From: Candidatus Firestoneibacteriota bacterium
GTDB taxonomy: Bacteria; Oederibacteriota; D2-FULL-39-29; JBDRBU01
Reading direction: 5' to 3'
Length of the DNA: 21,673 bases
Assembly (NCBI GenBank): GCA_043822305.1
Contig: JBDRBU010000014.1
Span: 1-21,673, forward strand
Made by a program: the position numbers and the translations under genes. The notes under the pieces were generated by a model. The model saw nothing but the letters and a program-made list of their open reading frames with translations, had not been told where the DNA came from and did no database searches. This document shows, piece by piece, positions 15,964-21,673 of this stretch. Every line of letters begins with the position of its first letter. The stretch's first letter is position 1.

Positions 15964-16356
15964 TTACACTCTTAAACATTTAGAAGTAGCCGTGGCTACT
16001 ACCTCTCCAGATTCATTCTTTGCTTCTGATTTTAAATATACTAAATTTTTATATTCTTTTTCTATTTCTGCCATAAAAGTTAATCTTTCTCCTATTTTAA
16101 CTGGTTTCTTAAACCGAACATTAATTTCTGCACTGACAACATAAGATTTATAAAGTCTCCAGGGAAGATTTACCATAACTTCATCCAAGACTAAACCAAT
16201 CAGACCACCATGAACTACATCTGCATAACCTTGAAATTTTTTAGGAAATGTATATTCCGAATAAATCTTTCCATCTTTTATAAAAAATTCAAGTTTTAAA
16301 CCATCAGGATTGTTCTGACCACAAGCAAAACAATAAAAATCATCTATCCATTTCAT
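15964..16356 (-). CDS. PaaI-family hotdog-fold thioesterase
   Basis: CFACGQNNPDGL, FQGY...HGG...LDE and SAEINVRFKKPV. ATGA overlap with the mscS stop. Confidence 0.9.
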   Translation of the reverse strand: MKWIDDFYCFACGQNNPDGLKLEFFIKDGKIYSEYTFPKKFQGYADVVHGGLIGLVLDEVMVNLPWRLYKSYVVSAEINVRFKKPVKIGERLTFMAEIEKEYKNLVYLKSEAKNESGEVVATATSKCLRV

Positions 16357-17213
16357 ATATTTTTTGGTCTATAAACAATTTCAGTATGAGGATATGCAAA
16401 TTCTATATCTTTTTCTTTAGAAAATCTTTTAAATATCTTTTCAACTATCTCGCTTGATATTCTTTGCCTTTGAGATGGAACTGACCAATATCTAAGTCTA
16501 ATAAGAACTCCCCAATCAAGAAATTCAGCACGAATAAAAGGAGCTTTACTACTTTTATTTATTATTTCATTCGTTACTTCAGTCGCGCATTCAATCAATA
16601 TTTTTTCTGCCTTATCCCAATCAGATTCAAAAGTTATCCTTACCGGTACTTCATCTAAAATTAATCCTTCTTCTTCTTTCCTTTCATCCTCTTTATATTT
16701 AGGATCCAATCTATAATTAGTAACAACCTGACCAAAAAGTAATGCCGTTGGAATTAGTATGGCCCTCCCAGATTGTTCTTCGCCGCCTATAGTTCCACCA
16801 ACCTGCTCAAGTGTAATATACATTGGTCCTATACTTCTAACATCTCCAATTATACCAGCTAAAATAATTCTATCCCCTGATTTAAATGGCTCTGTCCATT
16901 TAATTAATAACCAAGCCGCAAGTCCAGTGACAGGCTGTTGTAAGCCCCAACCAAGCAACATACCCAGAAATGCAGCTGAAATACCTATAGTTCCAATATT
17001 TCCCAGATTAGACAGTAAGGTTATCACGATGACTGCCATAAAAATAATACGCCATATAGTTAATATAAACTTTGCGTGAAATGATTTTCTTTTGATTAAT
17101 TTTTTTTCAATCCATTTAGTGACAAGTTTATAAATGAGGATTATTAATACTCCACAAATTACAAACCAGATCCAGATGGGAATACTTTCTAAAAATTCTA
17201 TTATCTTTTCCAT
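16353..17213 (-). CDS. mscS: Small-conductance mechanosensitive channel (MscS family)
   Basis: Three hydrophobic helices, TM3-like GISAAFLGMLLGWGLQ, PFKSGDRI...GDV..IG and C-terminal IEFAYPH. Confidence 0.88.
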   Translation of the reverse strand: MEKIIEFLESIPIWIWFVICGVLIILIYKLVTKWIEKKLIKRKSFHAKFILTIWRIIFMAVIVITLLSNLGNIGTIGISAAFLGMLLGWGLQQPVTGLAAWLLIKWTEPFKSGDRIILAGIIGDVRSIGPMYITLEQVGGTIGGEEQSGRAILIPTALLFGQVVTNYRLDPKYKEDERKEEEGLILDEVPVRITFESDWDKAEKILIECATEVTNEIINKSSKAPFIRAEFLDWGVLIRLRYWSVPSQRQRISSEIVEKIFKRFSKEKDIEFAYPHTEIVYRPKNI

Positions 17214-17214
17214 A

Positions 17215-17316
17215 TTATTTTAATTTATTTATAATAAAATCTAATTTTTCCTTAACCCATGTATTTTGTTCGTATTTCAACTCATCTTGTAATCGCGGAA
17301 TTAAATTTGACTTCTT
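17215..17316 (-). pseudogene. Start-less 33-codon coding tail fused out of frame to truncated DUF4159
   Basis: The +1 frame reads KKSNLIPRLQDELKYEQNTWVKEKLDFIINKLK* and its TAA ends 1 nt before the mscS ATG. Confidence 0.45.
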
Positions 17317-17659
17317 AAAATAAAATTCCACCTCTCAGTAAATATTCTTTTAAGTTTTTTAATTCTGTTTTGTCAAGTTTTGGTGTTCCAGATGCAGTCA
17401 TAAAAAGAACAGGGTACTTAACTAAATCTTCTAGTTTTTCTAAAGTTACATTATTCCATTTTTTATCAACTTTTAAAGTAGTATATTTCTCTAAATGCTC
17501 TAAAAAAGTTACATCTGCTTTTGGATCTATATTCCATTTTTCCTGAGCATCTGGCTCAACACAATCAAATTTAACTCTGGCCCATTTGAATTCTTGAGAA
17601 TTGGCTAAAGTTACAAAAGATAAAAAAATACATATATTTAATAAAACAATTTTTACCAT
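17315..17659 (-). pseudogene. DUF4159-domain secreted protein, probably 3'-truncated
   Basis: Signal peptide, then YPVLFMTASG...E..NLKEYLLRGGILF*. It stops at 114 aa, right where family members as I recall them continue with an acidic motif and roughly another 100 residues. Confidence 0.65.
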
Positions 17660-17691
17660 ATCTTTTCCACACTTTTTCCACTTCTTTGCTT

Positions 17692-17778
17692 GTAAGTATT
17701 CAGTGAAAGCCCTCTATTTTTTAATTCCCCCTTAACAAAGGGGGAATACAATCCTCACGGCTTTCACTGACTATTTAC
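17692..17778. mobile_element. GTAA...TTAC-family MITE, copy D (87 bp), with IS66-like ends and a perfect 8-bp target duplication
   Basis: 20-bp terminal inverted repeats gtaagtattcagtgaaagcc and ggctttcactgactatttac match 18/20. ctttgctt flanks both sides (17684-17691 and 17779-17786). One internal C5/G5 hairpin, no ORF. Confidence 0.9.
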
Positions 17779-17791
17779 CTTTGCTTTTTTG

Positions 17792-17826
17792 AATCCGTAA
17801 TCCGCAATCAGTAATTCATAATAGTC
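17792..17826. repeat. Degenerate heptamer tandem repeat
   Basis: aatccgt aatccgc aatcagt aattcat aatagtc, immediately 3' of tRNA-Tyr. Confidence 0.55.
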
Positions 17827-17831
17827 TTTAA

Positions 17832-17918
17832 TGGTGGGCAGGGAAGGATTCGAACCTTCGAAGGTATACACCGACAGATTTACAGTCTGTTGCGATTGAC
17901 CAACTCCGCAACCTGCCC
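17832..17918 (-). tRNA. tRNA-Tyr (GTA)
   Basis: Acceptor stem GGGCAGG/CCTGCCC plus ACCA, anticodon arm ACAGA-CTGTAAA-TCTGT, long variable arm and T loop GGTTCGAATCC. Confidence 0.97.
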
Positions 17919-17962
17919 AATTTGTTCCTTTAATCCGTGACTTACTTTAATGTAAAATCAAT

Positions 17963-18000
17963 ATATTAGGAATAGTTGCCCGCCTAAAGAGGGCAGACTA
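17963..18000. repeat. Third copy of the 38-bp hairpin repeat found at 223-260 and 281-318
   Basis: atattaggaatagttgcccgcctaaagagggcagacta versus atattaggaatagttgcccgcattaggcgggcagacta. Differences are confined to the loop and one stem base. Confidence 0.85.
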
Positions 18001-18025
18001 TAATCCACAATTTGCAATGTATCTT

Positions 18026-18101
18026 TGGAGCGGGAGACGGGGTTCGAACCCGCGACATTCAGCTTGGAAGGCTGACACTCTACCAACTGAGCTACTCCCG
18101 C
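18026..18101 (-). tRNA. tRNA-Gly (TCC)
   Basis: 76 nt, GCGGGAG...CTCCCGC TCCA, anticodon arm TCAGC-CTTCCAA-GCTGA and T loop GGTTCGAACCC. Confidence 0.97.
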
Positions 18102-18110
18102 AATAATGAA

Positions 18111-18139
18111 ATTATAACATTTATAAACATTTTTGTAAA
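18111..18139 (-). promoter_or_regulatory. sigma70 promoter of the tRNA pair, TTTACA-N17-TATAAT with extended -10
   Basis: -35 at 18134-18139 and -10 at 18111-18116 (TGtTATAAT), 9 nt upstream of tRNA-Gly. Confidence 0.8.
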
Positions 18140-18167
18140 GTGTATTTTTTAATTTGGGTGGAAATAG

Positions 18168-18247
18168 AAAGGGACATGGTATCCCCTTTATCCACTTGAC
18201 TGACGTGAGCACGGCTGCTTTGAAAAAATGGGATGTGTCCCTATTTT
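18168..18247. repeat. Inverted pair of GGGACA...ATCCC REP-like motifs
   Basis: aaagggacatggtatccccttt (18168-18189) faces aaaatgggatgtgtccctatttt, whose reverse complement is aaaatagggacacatcccatttt. It abuts the PorV-like stop codon. Confidence 0.55.
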
Positions 18248-19218
18248 TAAAAGTTATAATTTAAAGAAATATTATGTATTAATCCTAAATCACCAGATGG
18301 TATAAAAGCATAATTAATTTCAGAATCAAATATTTTTATAGTGGTTCCTAATGTTAATCCAGTCAGACCACCTAGCCTATATCCCACCCTGAATCCAATA
18401 AATTGATACAAATATTCTACTCCCAGACTGAATCCAGTCTTACCATTTAACGGAAAATCTAAATTCAATGCACTAATTAGAACATCTTCTGTTTCTTTTT
18501 TAGTATCCTTCAACATCTTACCTTTTACAGAAGTTTTAACTTCTCTTGGTTTCTCTGTTAAAAGACCATACAATTTATAAGATAAACCAGATTTAATATT
18601 TATAGGCATTCTAAAACCTTTCGCATCCATTCCAACATTTTGAATAACAATTCCACCAAACAATTCTTCTTCATCTGAAATTCCTGTTAAACTTCCTACA
18701 TCAATTAGACAACCCACATCAAAAACTATTGAACTAAACGAATATTCTTCTATTATTTCTGAAAAACCTTTTAAGTTCGCTCCCAGACTTATACTCTCAG
18801 TTATATCTCTTGCATAAGAAATTATACCAACTAAATCATATGGAGAAAAACTGCCTGATAAGACATCATTCTCGTCTCTTTTTTCAAGACTACCATAATT
18901 TAAATAAGAAAAACTAAAGCCAAAATTCCCAAAAGAAAATGGAGTTAAAAATGAGATAGAATTTAAACTAACTTCTTCAAATAAACTTACATACTTCAAA
19001 CTAATCTCGTTCTTTGTCTCTTTAGAAAAACATGCCGGATTACCATAAATAGATTCTGTCCCGCTTCTTATTGAAGTGTATGCATCCGCCATCCCACTGC
19101 TCTTTGTTCCTTTGTTTACTTTTAAAAAAGAACCAATAGTACCAGATACAGGAAAATCATCCGCTTTAACACTATTATATATTATTAAAAATATTACGGC
19201 TAATAAGATTTTTTTCAT
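18247..19218 (-). CDS. PorV/PorQ-like (UPF0164) outer-membrane beta-barrel protein
   Basis: Signal peptide MKKILLAVIFLII, FLKV..G.KS.GMADAYT...SIYGNPA N-terminal signature, amphipathic strands, FRVGY, G.LG..H.ISL.Y and a terminal Phe. Confidence 0.85.
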   Translation of the reverse strand: MKKILLAVIFLIIYNSVKADDFPVSGTIGSFLKVNKGTKSSGMADAYTSIRSGTESIYGNPACFSKETKNEISLKYVSLFEEVSLNSISFLTPFSFGNFGFSFSYLNYGSLEKRDENDVLSGSFSPYDLVGIISYARDITESISLGANLKGFSEIIEEYSFSSIVFDVGCLIDVGSLTGISDEEELFGGIVIQNVGMDAKGFRMPINIKSGLSYKLYGLLTEKPREVKTSVKGKMLKDTKKETEDVLISALNLDFPLNGKTGFSLGVEYLYQFIGFRVGYRLGGLTGLTLGTTIKIFDSEINYAFIPSGDLGLIHNISLNYNF

Positions 19219-19241
19219 AAAACGACTCTGACCCCTTTTTT

Positions 19242-21377
19242 TTATTTTATTATCGCCATTTTCATCTTTTTAGATTTTATATTATTTTCCGAACCCACTA
19301 CTTGATAAAAATAAATACCTGGAGATATCCCATGAACATTATAAATATATTTATTTAAGCCGGTGGAAACATAATTTGTTGCTGTTGAAACTATTTCTCC
19401 TGCTATATTATAAATATTTATTATCGTATCTCCATTAAAGCCAGTATTATAACTTATAGTAACATAATCACCTCTCACTGGATTTGGATAACAATGAAAA
19501 TCTGATATTGTTCCTTTCTCTATTCCCTTAGATAAAGCATCAAATGCTGATAAACCTCGGACATTACCATATCCATACTGTTTATTGTAACTACCCATAG
19601 TACCAGTACTTGTTAAAGCATTTCTTACTGTCTCAACATCCAAACTGCTATATTTTTGTAACATCAAGGCAACCAACCCGGCAATATGTGGAGATGACAT
19701 ACTCGTTCCGGCATTGACTACATGACACTCATCACGAACTATATCTTTGTAATAAGGAGAATATTGACTACTTAAACTACTTACTATCATACATCCTGGA
19801 GCAAGAATCTCCGGTTTTTCTCTTCCATCTCTTGTAGGTCCCCAGCTACTAAAAGATGAAACTCCTCCAATATTCTCACCATCGATGGACTGTGTGGTGC
19901 TATTAACATCTACCCATGAGGTCTTTGTAGTATAAGAACCTACAGTAATTACTTTTTTAGCAGTACCTGGTGAGTTAAGTGTCATTTCACGAGAAAAGTC
20001 TGGAAAATCAGCTAAAACATCCCAGTAAGACCATATATCATATTTCCCACTCGCAAACATACTCTCACCTTTTAATCTTAAAGTCCATTCACCAATTGTA
20101 GTTTCTGTTATCTGAATAATAATATTTTTGTCCCCATTTAAAAGGGAAGGATTAGCAGTAGCATCTATTATAATACTTCCAACGCCTGTATTTGTAGCAA
20201 TAGTTCCTCCAGGCTGTAATGGTAAATTTGGAATCATTACAGAATCTTTTATCAGTTGCACACTTATATTATCTCCACCTTTATACCACATATCAAGATA
20301 TACAAGGTTATGATATTCAGTGTTCTGATACACATTAAACTTGACATCTTTAGTAACACCACTTTCTATTGTACCACTATGGTGTATTTTTGAGTCTGCA
20401 CCTCCTGAATTACCTGCGGCTGATACAATCAATTTTCCGGGAGATACTAAATTATCCATACCTGTATCAAAAGTTGAAGTTCCATCATGTGGGCCAGTAT
20501 CATTTCCAAGACTAAGATTTACAACGGCAGGCATGTTTAATAAATTTGCCTTTTGCATAATATAATTAACTCCATCAATTATATGATCATCATAAAGATC
20601 TGATTTTACCATAATTATATTAGATTTAGATGCTACACCAACATATGTATTAGCCGGTTGACCATTACCTGTTGCATTACCATTTCCAGCAGCAATACCA
20701 GATACATGTGTCCCATGTCCCTCTGTATCTTGCTCTCTTACATTTCCACTGCCAGAAAGATGTGCGTCTATCTGAGTTTGTGTATATTCAACTCCATATG
20801 CAAAATTAGTGGGGGTTGATTCATTTCCAGTTTTAGTTAAAGTTTGATCCCAGATAAATTTAATCCTCGTGGTACCATCTGTATTCCTGAAATCTTTATG
20901 TGTGAAGTCTATACCACTATCCACATCTCCAACAATTACACCACTACCATCATATTTATAAGTAGTTTTAATTGGACTAATAAGAGCACTTGGTAAACTT
21001 GCATCCAAAAATAATTTGCATTTTTTAGCAGCTTCTATATAAATAACATTTGACAAATCAGATAAATCACCTATAGAACTTAAAGGCAGGGATGCTGTGA
21101 TTATATTTTTCACCACAGAGTTTATTTTTATACCTTTAATATTATTAATATTTCCCGTATCACCATTAGTTTTTATAATAACATTAATAACCTGTTCATT
21201 GTTTATCAAATCTACTTTCGTAATAAAATTATAATTAGAGACATTATGATAGATATTTTTATCCTTACTCATTATATTTATTAAAGGATCTATCTTATTA
21301 GCCCCTTCGCATAAGGATAATAATAAAACAAATATTATTATGGGGTCAAACCTTGAATGTGGAATGCAAGATAACAT
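19242..21377 (-). CDS. Secreted S8 (subtilisin-family) serine peptidase with T9SS type A-like C-terminal sorting domain
   Basis: Catalytic motifs VDSGID, GHGTHVSGIAAG, AAGN and GTSMSSPHIAG, with a long insertion in the catalytic domain. CTD YPNP...INIYNIAGE...PGIYFY...KMAIIK. SD GGAGG at 21387-21391. Confidence 0.93.
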   Translation of the reverse strand: MLSCIPHSRFDPIIIFVLLLSLCEGANKIDPLINIMSKDKNIYHNVSNYNFITKVDLINNEQVINVIIKTNGDTGNINNIKGIKINSVVKNIITASLPLSSIGDLSDLSNVIYIEAAKKCKLFLDASLPSALISPIKTTYKYDGSGVIVGDVDSGIDFTHKDFRNTDGTTRIKFIWDQTLTKTGNESTPTNFAYGVEYTQTQIDAHLSGSGNVREQDTEGHGTHVSGIAAGNGNATGNGQPANTYVGVASKSNIIMVKSDLYDDHIIDGVNYIMQKANLLNMPAVVNLSLGNDTGPHDGTSTFDTGMDNLVSPGKLIVSAAGNSGGADSKIHHSGTIESGVTKDVKFNVYQNTEYHNLVYLDMWYKGGDNISVQLIKDSVMIPNLPLQPGGTIATNTGVGSIIIDATANPSLLNGDKNIIIQITETTIGEWTLRLKGESMFASGKYDIWSYWDVLADFPDFSREMTLNSPGTAKKVITVGSYTTKTSWVDVNSTTQSIDGENIGGVSSFSSWGPTRDGREKPEILAPGCMIVSSLSSQYSPYYKDIVRDECHVVNAGTSMSSPHIAGLVALMLQKYSSLDVETVRNALTSTGTMGSYNKQYGYGNVRGLSAFDALSKGIEKGTISDFHCYPNPVRGDYVTISYNTGFNGDTIINIYNIAGEIVSTATNYVSTGLNKYIYNVHGISPGIYFYQVVGSENNIKSKKMKMAIIK

Positions 21378-21522
21378 TTATTCTATCCTCCAATTCTTTT
21401 TGATACCTCATCTCACAGGTAGTCAAACTCATCCCTTAAGTCCACTGTTTATATTGCAATATTATCCTACAATTGTCAAGATGTATTTCACGGGTGTATG
21501 GGTGTAGGTTTGACCCTATTAT
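21337..21522. repeat. Inverted pair of GGGTCA-type REP-like motifs bracketing the S8 start and upstream region
   Basis: attatggggtcaaacct (21337-21353) and aggtttgaccctattat (21506-21522) are 15/17 complementary. Related single motifs occur at 8535-8558, 15878-15894 and 19219-19241. Confidence 0.7.
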
Positions 21523-21673
21523 GGTACTAATTTATGAAACTTCCTCAAGTTTAATGCAGAGAAATGATGTAAGTCTAAATATATGAGAGAGTTTTTTGAA
21601 TTTGACTCGTTTAAGGCTATTTTGGGGATAAGTAATGAATAATTTGATAGAGTTTGAGATGATCAAGTCTGCC

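Noticed and set aside
17832..18101. Prophage or island integration at the tRNAs
   Set aside because: I saw no integrase and no duplicated tRNA 3' end in the window.
17958..18212. 84-aa minus-strand ORF
   Set aside because: It runs through tRNA-Gly, its promoter and two repeats. AGVAQLVE...GSNP is simply translated tRNA.
294..20565. All plus-strand ORFs in the track (e.g. 1569-2036, 6916-7785, 14287-14631)
   Set aside because: They are antisense shadows of well-supported minus-strand genes, with no recognisable motifs.
21635..21673. Possible plus-strand gene start MNNLIEFEMIKSA at the window edge
   Set aside because: Only 13 codons are visible with a weak SD, so it cannot be supported without downstream sequence.

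Overview
AT-rich bacterial chromosomal segment. The gene content suggests an anaerobic diderm (PorV-like barrel, T9SS-type C-terminal domain, HydBC-type redox module), but taxonomy cannot be fixed from sequence alone. Every supported gene is on the minus strand. In transcription order: S8 peptidase with T9SS-like CTD, PorV/PorQ-like barrel, tRNA-Gly(TCC), tRNA-Tyr(GTA), truncated DUF4159, MscS, PaaI thioesterase, HydC/NuoE, HydB/NuoF, Cys-type formate dehydrogenase alpha, ADP-forming acyl-CoA synthetase, CpaE-CpaF fusion, DUF1846, carB (no carA in the window), a DUF4143-like remnant and a HAD hydrolase. The intergenic DNA is dense with small repeats. The clearest unannotated structure is a family of non-autonomous GTAA...TTAC miniature elements with IS66-like ends. 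Two copies have 8-bp target duplications, and different copies carry different palindromic cargo. Several REP-like motifs have been recruited into gene ends, stop codons, a signal peptide and a leader peptide. The main functional hypotheses are a DUF1846 protein with a deaminase-like HAE motif placed where carA usually lies, and a probable electron-bifurcating formate dehydrogenase next to an ATP-forming acyl-CoA synthetase.
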